NCBI GenBank assembly: GCA_902493275.1
Contig: CABUOQ010000002.1
Coordinates: 30,328-94,327 of the forward strand
DNA: 64,000 nt
Direction of reading: 5' to 3'
Source: an uncultured Bacillota bacterium
GTDB taxonomy: Bacteria > Bacillota_I > Bacilli_A > RFN20 > CAG-449
Positions 8,264 through 18,177 of the stretch are shown here, in pieces. The notes beneath the pieces were generated by a model that ran no database searches, was not told the DNA's origin, and saw only the letters and a list, made by a program, of their open reading frames with translations. Within the stretch, counting starts at the first letter, position 1; every line of letters starts with the position of its first letter. The position numbers were made by a program, and so were the translations under genes.

Positions 8264-11200
8264 TTATTTAAAATAATATTGTGTCATTCTCGCAGTTTTA
8301 GTTTTGTTATCTTCAACGAAGTGAGGAATATTTCCCATTTGAACACGTTTCAAACCTTCATTTTGTCTTTCGGCATCAGCAACAATAATCGCAATATCTA
8401 TTTGTTTTCCATCATCGATTGCTTGTTTAAATTCTGGTGCTAACTCAAAAGGAATTAACACTTCCCCAACATAACCATCACTCTTACTTGTAAACGCTAC
8501 TTCCACTTTTGATTTATCATTTATATATTTTGGATTTGTACGTACATCAGAAAAAGTGAAATAATTATGATTAGTCCAAGTTGGAGCAAATGCGGCTTGC
8601 AAAACACCTCCTTTCTCTTTGTATACTTGCATATCAGCACTTGGCATATCGGTAATAGTTGACATAAATAATTCAACGCAATCACCTAGCCAAAAATCAG
8701 AAACAGTTTTAACATTTAATAAATTATCAAAAACATCAAACCCCAAATATATGCCTTTTTCGTTATAAGTCATCATTAACTTATTTATTGCGAAATGATC
8801 TTTCAACTCCTCTGCAGTTCTTGCACTACCTTCAGCATCAGATATGCCTAATATATCAATATTGGTAATTTCATTGTTCTCCCAATCAGATAATTCACCA
8901 TTGACATTTATAGTTTTTGTTGTTGCTTTGATATCAACCTCAGGTCCAGCCTCACCATTGGCTTTGAACGCAATATTGTAATTGCTATCGTTAATCGATA
9001 TATCATTTGGTGATGAGTTACCCTCAAAAGTAACTCCACTTAGGCCTTTATCCAATGTATAGTAATTATAATTTCCATCTAAGACGATATCTTCACAGTT
9101 GACACATTGTAATAATGTATTAAAACTATCGCCAGAAGGTTGAATATAAGAGCAATCATAGAATAGATTATCGTTAATATTACTATCCCCTACCCCTCTT
9201 AAAGAAATAGAAGCATTACCATTTTTAGCAATAAAATTGTTCTCAATAGTCGCTCCATATAAAGTACCTTTTTGAGCTACGGTACCATTATTTGAAATTG
9301 CAAATATAGAAATATCACCATAAAGAGGTTCAGGCTTAATGTAGCAATTATTAATAAATTTATTATTCTTGATAGTTATATTTTGAGCTAATGTCGCTTC
9401 GTTATATACATCCATTGAAGAAGCCGCCTGAATAGCGCCATGTCCTACATTCATAAAGGTATTATTTTCAATCACAGCATCTGGAACTTGAATTAAAACG
9501 CCTCTATTTCTTTTATTACGAATGATATTATTTGAGAAAACTAACTTAGGTGTATTTGATAAAAAAGTTACACGGCAATTTCCCCATTCACCAACATTAG
9601 ACATTCTTTCTTTTACTTTAAAATCATATCCAACTGAAGTTTTTGTTACTTCTTGAATAGTGTAATATCCATTTGTAGGATTATGTCCTTCAAAGGTTTG
9701 TTCATTATAGACTGCTATTTTATCCCCTACTTGCGGTTCTGTTATTGCACTAGTAATTTTTGCAACTGACATTGATTTAGTACTTCCTCCTTCAGCTGCT
9801 GTTAATTTATACCAATATCCGTGTTTAATATTCATCGCATCATCATGTGAATTTTCAATTAAACTATTAGTTATTTGCACATCATTGTTCATGCTATTAA
9901 AATGCATTGCATCGGCAGTCGCAGTCATTAATGAAGCACTATTTTCTTTTAAAGATAAACTAAATCTATTAACATAAAGATTACTTGTTGAAGAAGAGGT
10001 TAAAGCCATTCCCGAAGCATGGTGCATAGTTATTCCTTCTAAATAAACATTTTCAGAATTTGTTATAGAAATTCCTACAGCATCATATTGCGAGAAAGAA
10101 ACAGCAACTAAAGTACCATTTCTAGGTCTAGAAATACCTGCATTAGAGAAAGTAACTTCAATTTGATAAGAAGTGCTTTCATCACCAGAAATGTCATATG
10201 TTTTAAATGCATCAACTAAGAAATTTCCACCCTCTAATGGTGTTCTATTTATTTGTCCAAATTCAACCCATGATCTTATTGATTTTTTATTAGTGATCAA
10301 TTTTTTTACTAAAGGATCAAACTCATGGTCTACTTCAATAGTTAATTTGTTATTATTTATATCACCCGCGACAATTTTGCCAGTTAAAGAGGAAGGCAAT
10401 TTAGCATCAAGAGTTATTCCGTTTAAATAAAGATTTTTACAATTATCAACAGCAAAATATCCTTTCCAATTTAAATCATTTGTAATAATAACTAAAGAAG
10501 TATTATCTCCTTCAATATAAGTACCATTTAATCCATTTAAAGATAATGTTTGACTAGAATCACTTAAATATGCTTCAAGTTCTATTTCACCACTAGGTAA
10601 TTTTATTTTTGCTTCTTTACCAGCATCGTTTAATTCTTTAGCTAAGTAAATAGCTGTTTGAAGGCGATAATAATTATTAAGTGTTCCATCTTTAAAATAT
10701 TTTTGCACTTGGCTTAATTGAATATCATTAAATTTAATGATGGATTCTGATTGCATATCAGCATCTTTTTTTACCGGATATTTTTCAACAATTAAATCTT
10801 GATTAACACCGACTAATCCTTCATCAGTTAATCCATATTTTTCTTGTGATGTTAATTCGCCATTAGAATAAGGAGATTCACTAAGTTTTTCAACAAGCTG
10901 TGAGACACTCAAATTTTTATTTGGATCATCTTCTATTACTTCAAGTTCTACCGAATCAGTTTTATTATTATCGTTAGTAGTTACACTTACTGAACAAGTA
11001 CCACTTTTTTTAGCGGTAACCACTCCAGTCTCAGAGATTTCTACACAATCATTACTAGCACTATAAGTAACCATTTTATTTGTTGCAGTTGCTGGAAGAA
11101 TTTCAGTTACCAATTGTCTTGATTCTCCAACTTTTAAAATATTATTATTTATTGTTAATGATACACTTTCAACTGGTATTAAAACCTGTGAACCTTCACT

Positions 11201-11314
11201 AGATGAATTATTACCATTAAATGAACTACTTCCAGTTTGATTATTACATGACGTTACAAATGGTAGGATTCCAATTAAAGCAACTAATGGTAATATGAAA
11301 TTTCTCTTTTTCAT
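8264..11314 (-). CDS. Surface lipoprotein with a Big_2 domain, a right-handed parallel beta-helix (pectin-lyase fold) putative glycanase and a C-terminal CBM9-like domain.
   Basis: Lipobox VTSC plus an S/N-rich tether. Big_2: VESVSLTINNNILKVGESRQLVTEILPATATNKMVTYSASNDCVEISETGVVTAKKSGT. Beta-helix-type repeats: NNIIRNKRNRGVLIQ, NNTFMNVGHGAIQ, NNKFINN, ENSHDDAMNIKHG. The C-terminus has a CBM9-like GDCVELF motif. Confidence 0.55.
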   Translation of the reverse strand: MKKRNFILPLVALIGILPFVTSCNNQTGSSSFNGNNSSSEGSQVLIPVESVSLTINNNILKVGESRQLVTEILPATATNKMVTYSASNDCVEISETGVVTAKKSGTCSVSVTTNDNNKTDSVELEVIEDDPNKNLSVSQLVEKLSESPYSNGELTSQEKYGLTDEGLVGVNQDLIVEKYPVKKDADMQSESIIKFNDIQLSQVQKYFKDGTLNNYYRLQTAIYLAKELNDAGKEAKIKLPSGEIELEAYLSDSSQTLSLNGLNGTYIEGDNTSLVIITNDLNWKGYFAVDNCKNLYLNGITLDAKLPSSLTGKIVAGDINNNKLTIEVDHEFDPLVKKLITNKKSIRSWVEFGQINRTPLEGGNFLVDAFKTYDISGDESTSYQIEVTFSNAGISRPRNGTLVAVSFSQYDAVGISITNSENVYLEGITMHHASGMALTSSSTSNLYVNRFSLSLKENSASLMTATADAMHFNSMNNDVQITNSLIENSHDDAMNIKHGYWYKLTAAEGGSTKSMSVAKITSAITEPQVGDKIAVYNEQTFEGHNPTNGYYTIQEVTKTSVGYDFKVKERMSNVGEWGNCRVTFLSNTPKLVFSNNIIRNKRNRGVLIQVPDAVIENNTFMNVGHGAIQAASSMDVYNEATLAQNITIKNNKFINNCYIKPEPLYGDISIFAISNNGTVAQKGTLYGATIENNFIAKNGNASISLRGVGDSNINDNLFYDCSYIQPSGDSFNTLLQCVNCEDIVLDGNYNYYTLDKGLSGVTFEGNSSPNDISINDSNYNIAFKANGEAGPEVDIKATTKTINVNGELSDWENNEITNIDILGISDAEGSARTAEELKDHFAINKLMMTYNEKGIYLGFDVFDNLLNVKTVSDFWLGDCVELFMSTITDMPSADMQVYKEKGGVLQAAFAPTWTNHNYFTFSDVRTNPKYINDKSKVEVAFTSKSDGYVGEVLIPFELAPEFKQAIDDGKQIDIAIIVADAERQNEGLKRVQMGNIPHFVEDNKTKTARMTQYYFK

Positions 11315-13405
11315 TTAATCTATCTCCTTTTTTTCATTATCTTGTTCTATTTGACCGCTGCAATTAGCAAATTGAATTAATTCAAATGCATCATTATTAA
11401 TAGCCAATAAAACATTATTATAAATATTTATCTCTTCTGAAGTTTCGACACTCATTATTAATGAAGTTCTCTTAGTTGTGTAATGAAATAAATTATTATG
11501 AATTTTAGTATTTTTATTTGCTAAAGCCCAAATATTTGTTCCATAGCCATTAGTAAAATAATTATTGTAAATGTCAACGTTTTGAATTGTTCCACTTACA
11601 CATTTAGAAGTATTATCTCCATATGCAAATACACTTAAATCATTATAATTATTGATAAATTTATTGTTTGCTATAACTATATCTTGAGGTACAATCGCCT
11701 CTTTGAATATATCATTAACCGCTAGAACTTGAATTGCTCCCATAACAACATTTTCAAAAGTACAATTGACTATCTCAGATTCTCTAGATTGCAATAAAAT
11801 GCCCCTATTTCTTTTATTTCTAATAATGCAATTGTTCAATTTTAGCTTTGTGACTCTTGTAGCATTACCAACATTTAATCCAACTGTAACTTTTGACGGT
11901 CTTTTATCGACTGTTAAGGTATAGGATGTACCTATTTTTGAAATATCTACAATTGTAAATGAATCAATTAGTCCCATAGTTGTTGGCTCGTAAACGTCTA
12001 TCTTATCACCCTTTTCAAAAGGAATGGCAACTTCATTTTGGGTTTGAGCAATATCTATCTCTTTAGAACTAGCATTAACACTTGTTACTCTTGTATAGAA
12101 AGATTTAATATTTAATGCATCGTCATGACTACTTTCTAGTAAACAATTTGTTATATTAAGATTACCTTCTAAAGCAATAGTGTGAATGATATCTGCTGTG
12201 CAAGTCATAATTCTGGAAGATCCTTCTTTAACAGCGAAATTAGTTCTATTTAAATAAACGTTTTTACCATTTTCAATTCGCATTCCCATCCCACCAGTAA
12301 CGTGAACTAAAACATTTTCAAAATAGACATCATCGCATTTAACAAAGTGGAATCCGTGATTTTCATACATGGTATAAGCAAAAGAAACGTGAGTACCGAC
12401 TTCTGGATCTTTATATTCAGTAGTACGATAAGGGAAATTAGCATTTAACGTTAATGCTAGTTCTCTTTTAATCTCATCATAATTTATATCAAGAACCCCT
12501 CTAGAAGAATCACTTGTAGGAGAATTATAAAATAAATTTTTATTTCGATCAGGTACATATCTCTGGGTATTATTATCAAAATAGCATTCCATATAAGAGC
12601 ATGTTTTCTTTTGATAATTTTTATAAATTTCTCTTTCTAGATGAAATTCTTCTGGAATATCCAAATAAACAACCGGATTAGAATCAACTCTTTCAACTCT
12701 TTTTACCACTCCACCAATGGTAGGAGAATTCTCCATATCAAAAGTTATATTATTTAAATGAATGTTACTTGAAACTTTTGCTTCAAAATATGTTCCCCAT
12801 CCACTATAGATAAACTGAGTTCCCTCTTCACCTACTAGATATAAATCTTTAATTCCCGTTACATCAACAGTGGAAGTAAATTTATATACATCACCATTAA
12901 ATTTAACAATTTTGATACCTTCAACATCTGTGATATTTGCTAATAATATTGATAAATTACCCGAATTATTTTGTCCTGTAGGAGTTATATTATAATCTTC
13001 AGCTAAATATATGTGACCCTCATTAGGACATGGATATAATTCTTCATTTTCAAATTTTTCTTTATCAACACCAACTTCTTTAATATTCGATAATCCCATA
13101 TTTTCTTTTTCCTTCATATCATCTTTAAATGGTGATGAACCAAGATTAGTTAATATTTCATCTCTTTCAAGATAATTTTCATCAATGAAACTTGATGATT
13201 CACTATCTGATGAACTTAGCGATTCACTACTTGATAAGCTTGAATTTTCACTTTCTAATGAAGATTCATCAAGAGAAGATTCACTAACTACAGAAGATAG
13301 GCTTGAACTATTCAAACTAGAACTTAAGCTAGAAGAATTGCTATTTGTGCAAGAAAATGAAGTTAATAAAAACAATAGAAATACTATTTTACCTTGATTT
13401 TTCAT
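11315..13405 (-). CDS. Surface lipoprotein, right-handed beta-helix putative glycanase, paralogous to 8264-11314.
   Basis: Lipobox FSCTNS with a long Ser-rich tether. Shares motif blocks with the neighbour: ESSHDDALNIKSF versus ENSHDDAMNIKHG, and NNCIIRNKRNRGILLQ...ENVVMGAIQ versus NNIIRNKRNRGVLIQ...MNVGHGAIQ. Tandem duplicate. Confidence 0.55.
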   Translation of the reverse strand: MKNQGKIVFLLFLLTSFSCTNSNSSSLSSSLNSSSLSSVVSESSLDESSLESENSSLSSSESLSSSDSESSSFIDENYLERDEILTNLGSSPFKDDMKEKENMGLSNIKEVGVDKEKFENEELYPCPNEGHIYLAEDYNITPTGQNNSGNLSILLANITDVEGIKIVKFNGDVYKFTSTVDVTGIKDLYLVGEEGTQFIYSGWGTYFEAKVSSNIHLNNITFDMENSPTIGGVVKRVERVDSNPVVYLDIPEEFHLEREIYKNYQKKTCSYMECYFDNNTQRYVPDRNKNLFYNSPTSDSSRGVLDINYDEIKRELALTLNANFPYRTTEYKDPEVGTHVSFAYTMYENHGFHFVKCDDVYFENVLVHVTGGMGMRIENGKNVYLNRTNFAVKEGSSRIMTCTADIIHTIALEGNLNITNCLLESSHDDALNIKSFYTRVTSVNASSKEIDIAQTQNEVAIPFEKGDKIDVYEPTTMGLIDSFTIVDISKIGTSYTLTVDKRPSKVTVGLNVGNATRVTKLKLNNCIIRNKRNRGILLQSRESEIVNCTFENVVMGAIQVLAVNDIFKEAIVPQDIVIANNKFINNYNDLSVFAYGDNTSKCVSGTIQNVDIYNNYFTNGYGTNIWALANKNTKIHNNLFHYTTKRTSLIMSVETSEEINIYNNVLLAINNDAFELIQFANCSGQIEQDNEKKEID

Positions 13406-13407
13406 AG

Positions 13408-15147
13408 CTATTTACCTTGATTATATCGATTTAATGCATCGTTATAGCATTTTAGCAATTTATCGGCATCAAATCCTTTGAGTTCATTTATCAAACTTTG
13501 ATAGCTTTCCTCATTATAAGGATCTTTGCCATCAACCCCTCTTACATAACATGACTCTAAGTATTCTAATTGAGGATCTAATGCTGCTTTTATCGTTGTC
13601 ACATCCCCATATTCTGTGCCACTTAATTTAATTTCTCCTGGTTCAGGATTTTTTAAATAAGGTAAATATTTGCGCGACATTTGATTTAATGAAGTAATAA
13701 TATCATCATTCATTTTTTCAACAAAATCAGCGGACCAATAAAGTGCAGATGCACTTCCAACATTTGGAGTAATAGTTGCTCGATATTGTTCTTGATTTCC
13801 AGTCCAAGTAGATGGAACATTGAAAGTCCATGAAGTATGCTCTTCATTATCCCAATTCCAGTTTTCACCTTCAACACCATATGAGATCAATTGTGTTCCT
13901 AAATCGCTATACATTATATCTAATAATCTTGCTACTTCTCTAACATAAATTGATTTTTGAGGGATAGTCGCGCCATCTGGAATAAAATATCCTAATCCTA
14001 AATGTAAAGGATTACCTGTATAATATGAAGAAGTAAGCGGACCAAAAGTCACATAGTTGCTCTCATAATCATAACCAACTATCAAATATGCAGCTGCGGC
14101 AACAAAACTACCTAATCGATTTTTCATTCCCGTTAATGCTAATTGGTTGTCAGTTTTATTTGAAAAAGTACTGACATCCATCAAACCTTCACTCCACAAG
14201 GTATTCATAAATTGAAGATATTTTCTATATGCCTCAGTATATGGAACATAGGTGAAACTAGATTGATTGTTTTCAATTTCAACTCCGTATGAAACATAGC
14301 CATAACTTGCTAAAACAAAGTTTCTTAAATACTCTAATGATTTTGAAGTCACAGGTATTTCATCGTTAGAATCATCATTTAAATTAGCATCTAGCTCTTT
14401 AAAAGCTCTCAATACAGTTAAGTATTCCTCAATGGTTTTAATTTCATCAGCTTTTGGAAGAAGTTTACCATTATACCCTCCGAATTCATTATTAATATTT
14501 TCAATCCATTGCTCATTGATAAACATCTTAAATGTTAAATCTCGAGCAACATCATTTACAGATAAAGTTGAATACATTTTTCCATCACTTAATGTTACAA
14601 CTTTCTTTGCATCACTTTTTTGTATATCTACACCAAAATTATTTTCTAAGCCTTTTTTATAATTAGGCATATAATTATCAATAATATTGCCAACTTGAAT
14701 TGTTGATTCACCTACTTTATAAGAATAATTATCATCATTAAATGGAACATAAGCATCGTAATTTCTTTCAGCATATCGTACCAATTCTGAAATTGAATTA
14801 TTAAATAAAAATAGATCTGGAATTGTGCTATCGGATGACCACGCTCCAGTTCTTTGATTGGTATAAGCTGAAGTATCCGGGGTGGTGAATTCAAAATTTA
14901 ATCCTGTAATTTCTGATAAGTGTTTAAACATTACTAAATCTTTATATTCAGGATTTCCAGCACTATGTGGGGCAAATATTTTTATTGTTACTGGATCTTT
15001 AACTATCCTATATGGATTATCCTCTGTTCCGTTAGGTAAAAAATTATCAGGATTATAACTTCTATTTGATCCGGTACATCCAACAAGTGCTCCTAAAGAT
15101 AAAACCACACTTGCTATTATTGATGATATTTTTTTTATTTTGTTCAT
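13408..15147 (-). CDS. ABC transporter extracellular solute-binding lipoprotein (CUT1 family, large LplA-like type).
   Basis: Lipobox LGALVGCTGS. A 579-aa secreted protein immediately downstream of two CUT1 permease genes in the same operon. Confidence 0.65.
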   Translation of the reverse strand: MNKIKKISSIIASVVLSLGALVGCTGSNRSYNPDNFLPNGTEDNPYRIVKDPVTIKIFAPHSAGNPEYKDLVMFKHLSEITGLNFEFTTPDTSAYTNQRTGAWSSDSTIPDLFLFNNSISELVRYAERNYDAYVPFNDDNYSYKVGESTIQVGNIIDNYMPNYKKGLENNFGVDIQKSDAKKVVTLSDGKMYSTLSVNDVARDLTFKMFINEQWIENINNEFGGYNGKLLPKADEIKTIEEYLTVLRAFKELDANLNDDSNDEIPVTSKSLEYLRNFVLASYGYVSYGVEIENNQSSFTYVPYTEAYRKYLQFMNTLWSEGLMDVSTFSNKTDNQLALTGMKNRLGSFVAAAAYLIVGYDYESNYVTFGPLTSSYYTGNPLHLGLGYFIPDGATIPQKSIYVREVARLLDIMYSDLGTQLISYGVEGENWNWDNEEHTSWTFNVPSTWTGNQEQYRATITPNVGSASALYWSADFVEKMNDDIITSLNQMSRKYLPYLKNPEPGEIKLSGTEYGDVTTIKAALDPQLEYLESCYVRGVDGKDPYNEESYQSLINELKGFDADKLLKCYNDALNRYNQGK

Positions 15148-15158
15148 AGATTTCTCCT

Positions 15159-16025
15159 TTATCCTTTAACGCCACCAATAGTGACACCCTTTTCAAAATA
15201 TTTTTGAAAGAATGGGTAAATAATTAGAAGTGGTAATGATGAAACAACTATAGTTACATATTTTAGTTGTTCAGATAGATTGACATCTGTCCCTCCACCA
15301 ACTGAAGATTGATTTGAAATTAAAATATTATTTAATACATTTTGCAACGGCAATAACGATGAATCTTGTACGTACATAAGAGCATTGAAATATGAATTCC
15401 AATAACCAACCACAGCATATAAAATCATAACTGCAATTATTGGTCTACATAATGGTAGGACAATGCGAGTAAAGATTCTTACATCGCCACATCCATCAAT
15501 CATAGCTGCTTCTTGCACTTCCATAGGAATTGAAGATTGCATATAAGTACGAATAACAATGATATTAAAAACTGATATGCATCCTGGAAGAATAATTGCC
15601 CAAATTGTATTATAGAGTTTTAATTGTTGAATCAATAAATAAGTTGGAATCATTCCTCCTGAAACAAACATTGTTAATACTAAAAATAAATTAACAAACT
15701 TTCTACCTTTAAAGTCTCTTCTAGATAATGGATAAGCGCACAAAACTTGGCATGTAACCTGAATAACTGTTCCAATCGCTGTATAAATCAATGAATTTTT
15801 AAATCCTCGCCAGATGGTTTCATTTTTTAAAATCATCTTATAACCATCTAAAGTAAATTCCTGTGGAAATAGTCCAACTTCACCAGAAATAACTGCATCT
15901 GCAGAAGAAAAAGAAGAAGCGAGAACATTTATCAATGGGAATAAGAATATCAAAGCAATTATCCCCATAATAATCATTATAATTACATCAAATATTTTAT
16001 CTTTGCCTTTACTTGAACGATTCAT
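15159..16025 (-). CDS. ABC transporter permease, CUT1 family (LplC-like).
   Basis: Six predicted transmembrane segments and an EAA-loop (EAAMIDGCGDVRIFTRIVLPL). Confidence 0.8.
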   Translation of the reverse strand: MNRSSKGKDKIFDVIIMIIMGIIALIFLFPLINVLASSFSSADAVISGEVGLFPQEFTLDGYKMILKNETIWRGFKNSLIYTAIGTVIQVTCQVLCAYPLSRRDFKGRKFVNLFLVLTMFVSGGMIPTYLLIQQLKLYNTIWAIILPGCISVFNIIVIRTYMQSSIPMEVQEAAMIDGCGDVRIFTRIVLPLCRPIIAVMILYAVVGYWNSYFNALMYVQDSSLLPLQNVLNNILISNQSSVGGGTDVNLSEQLKYVTIVVSSLPLLIIYPFFQKYFEKGVTIGGVKG

Positions 16026-16040
16026 GATTTGCTCCTTTTA

Positions 16041-17012
16041 TTACCATAAAGAATTATCGCTAACTTTTTTAGAGATAAAATTACCTAAGCATAAAATGAT
16101 AATGTTAACTACAGAATTAAATAATCCTATTGCCGTAGCATAAGAATACTGAGCCTCACCATATTTTGGAAAAGATATATTATACACATAAGTAGCAATT
16201 ATATTAGAAGAGGATAAATTAGTTGATAATTGCATCAAATACACTTTTTCAAAGCCAACGCTGAGAATATTGCCAATTGACATAATAAACATAATAACCG
16301 CTAGAGGAATAATCTGAGGTAAATTAACATAGAAAATTCTTCTGATTCTTCCAGCGCCATCAATAATTGCAGCATCATGAAGATTTGGATCGACATTAGA
16401 AAGGCTACCCATATAGACAATAGACCACCAACCAAGTCCTTGCCATAATCCTGAAACGACATAAATCATACAAAAGTAATCTGGATTTTCCATTAAATTT
16501 GTAGCGTCAAATCCAAAAAAAGCAAATATTCTAGTAAATATTCCGCTATCAACTCTAAAGAACGCAAATAACATTCCTACTAAGACTGATATTGAAATAA
16601 AATATGGAGCGTACATTATTGTTTGAATTAATCTTTTATATTTTTTAGCTCGAACTTCATTTAACAATAACGCAAAAATTATTGGTAAAAGAGAGTTAAA
16701 AAATATCGAAGCTAATGACAAAGTCAAAGTATTTTTTAAAATTGTATAAAAATTAGGCGCGGTAATAAACGTATAAAAATGCTTAAACCCTCCCATACTT
16801 GTCCATGGTGAATCAAAAATACCTCTAAAAGAATCGTAATCTTTAAAAGCAATAACTAATCCTGTTAAAGGTAAATAATGAAATATAAAAATATATATGA
16901 GTGTTGGTAAAGTCATTATAAAAAGAGCAAGACCAATTTTAGAATACCATTTTCTTTTTGCTGGTGTTCTAGATAATGTTTCGATTTCTGTTTTAGATAC
17001 TTTTGCTTCCAT
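16041..17012 (-). CDS. ABC transporter permease, CUT1 family (LplB-like).
   Basis: EAA-loop (HDAAIIDGAGRIRRIFYVNLPQI) and polytopic. No ATPase gene is present in this operon. Confidence 0.8.
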   Translation of the reverse strand: MEAKVSKTEIETLSRTPAKRKWYSKIGLALFIMTLPTLIYIFIFHYLPLTGLVIAFKDYDSFRGIFDSPWTSMGGFKHFYTFITAPNFYTILKNTLTLSLASIFFNSLLPIIFALLLNEVRAKKYKRLIQTIMYAPYFISISVLVGMLFAFFRVDSGIFTRIFAFFGFDATNLMENPDYFCMIYVVSGLWQGLGWWSIVYMGSLSNVDPNLHDAAIIDGAGRIRRIFYVNLPQIIPLAVIMFIMSIGNILSVGFEKVYLMQLSTNLSSSNIIATYVYNISFPKYGEAQYSYATAIGLFNSVVNIIILCLGNFISKKVSDNSLW

Positions 17013-17284
17013 TTAAATGAATTTCCTTCTTCAAGCGCTTTCATTATAATTTATTATTCAGATTTATACCATAAATTAAAATGACTATAATTATATACTT
17101 TTTTGCACTTTTAAATTAATTATCAATATCATTAAAATTGATAAGTTTTTTTGTTTAAAACAAAAATAGCCTATTTATAGCCTTTATTTATTATAACGTT
17201 CCATTTTTAGATAATATTATTTTTTATCTTTTTAAATATAAAAAACAAAACTATAGAAAAAATTTTTTTTATTTAAGATAATAA

Positions 17285-17302
17285 ATATATATATATATAT
17301 AT
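17285..17302. repeat. (AT)9 dinucleotide microsatellite in the promoter region of the AraC gene at 17326.
   Basis: The run atatatatatatatatat sits 24-41 nt upstream of the ATG and just upstream of the AAGGAG RBS. Confidence 0.8.
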
Positions 17303-17325
17303 GTTATTCATTTAAGGAGTATTTT

Positions 17326-18177
17326 ATGACCAAAGAATCTTTTTTTAATAGAAGTTTATGTTTTAGAAATATAACTGATAATTTTAACTCTGACATCAGC
17401 GCTTCGATAATTGGATATGAAGCGTGCAATAAAAATAAACCAATTATTGATTCAAATAAATCATGCTATATAATTCATTTTATTGCAAAAGGCTCTGGTT
17501 TTTTAATAAGTCATAATAAAAAAGAAATAATTCATAAAAACGAATGCTTCCTAATTGAACCAAATTCTCACGTTAAATATCGTCCTAATCCTCGTGATCC
17601 TTGGTCATATTTTTGGATTGAAATAAATGGCAATCTTTTTAAAAAAATATGTGAGCGAATTGATTTTAAGAAAAACAATATGCACTTAAAATTAGAGCAC
17701 TTTAATGAAATCATCGATGAATTTATCGAGATTTTCGATGAGACATTATACATTCACAATCAATATAGTGAATTTCTTCGAATCAGTAGTAAAATTATGA
17801 ACATTTTTTCAAGATTAATCGAAGAGTATTGCATTGAAGATTCTTCTGATTCTTTAACAAAAGAAGAATCACAAATCAAAAAAATAATTGAATACGTCAA
17901 TAATAACTACACTTCACCAGATATTTCTATAAATAAAATTGCTAACCACTTTTATTTTTCTCAGGCATATCTAACGAGAATATTTAAAAAAAGCACCGGT
18001 ATTTCTCCAATGAAATATATCATAATGTTAAGAATGAGACGCAGTGTCGAGCTATTGAATAAAAAAACGTTTTCAATTTCTCAAATCGCTTATTGTATTG
18101 GTTATAAAAACCAATTCTATTTTTCAAAAGAATTTAAAAAGTACTTTGGATTATCACCTTCAAAGTACAATAATTAA
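17326..18177 (+). CDS. AraC-family transcriptional regulator (cupin-type N-terminal ligand domain plus C-terminal HTH).
   Basis: RBS AAGGAG. The N-terminal cupin-like region (FWIEINGNLF) and the C-terminal AraC HTH (ISINKIANHFYFSQAYLTRIFKKSTGISPMKYI) are both present. It is divergent from the ABC importer operon. Confidence 0.7.
   Translation: MTKESFFNRSLCFRNITDNFNSDISASIIGYEACNKNKPIIDSNKSCYIIHFIAKGSGFLISHNKKEIIHKNECFLIEPNSHVKYRPNPRDPWSYFWIEINGNLFKKICERIDFKKNNMHLKLEHFNEIIDEFIEIFDETLYIHNQYSEFLRISSKIMNIFSRLIEEYCIEDSSDSLTKEESQIKKIIEYVNNNYTSPDISINKIANHFYFSQAYLTRIFKKSTGISPMKYIIMLRMRRSVELLNKKTFSISQIAYCIGYKNQFYFSKEFKKYFGLSPSKYNN

Noticed and set aside
6217-14894. Short antisense ORFs inside the lipoprotein and solute-binding-protein genes (6217-6399, 7715-8014, 10173-10430, 13185-13397, 14432-14662, 14712-14894).
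   Set aside because: They are embedded in long, well-supported genes on the opposite strand or in another frame, with biased low-complexity composition. These are typical shadow ORFs.
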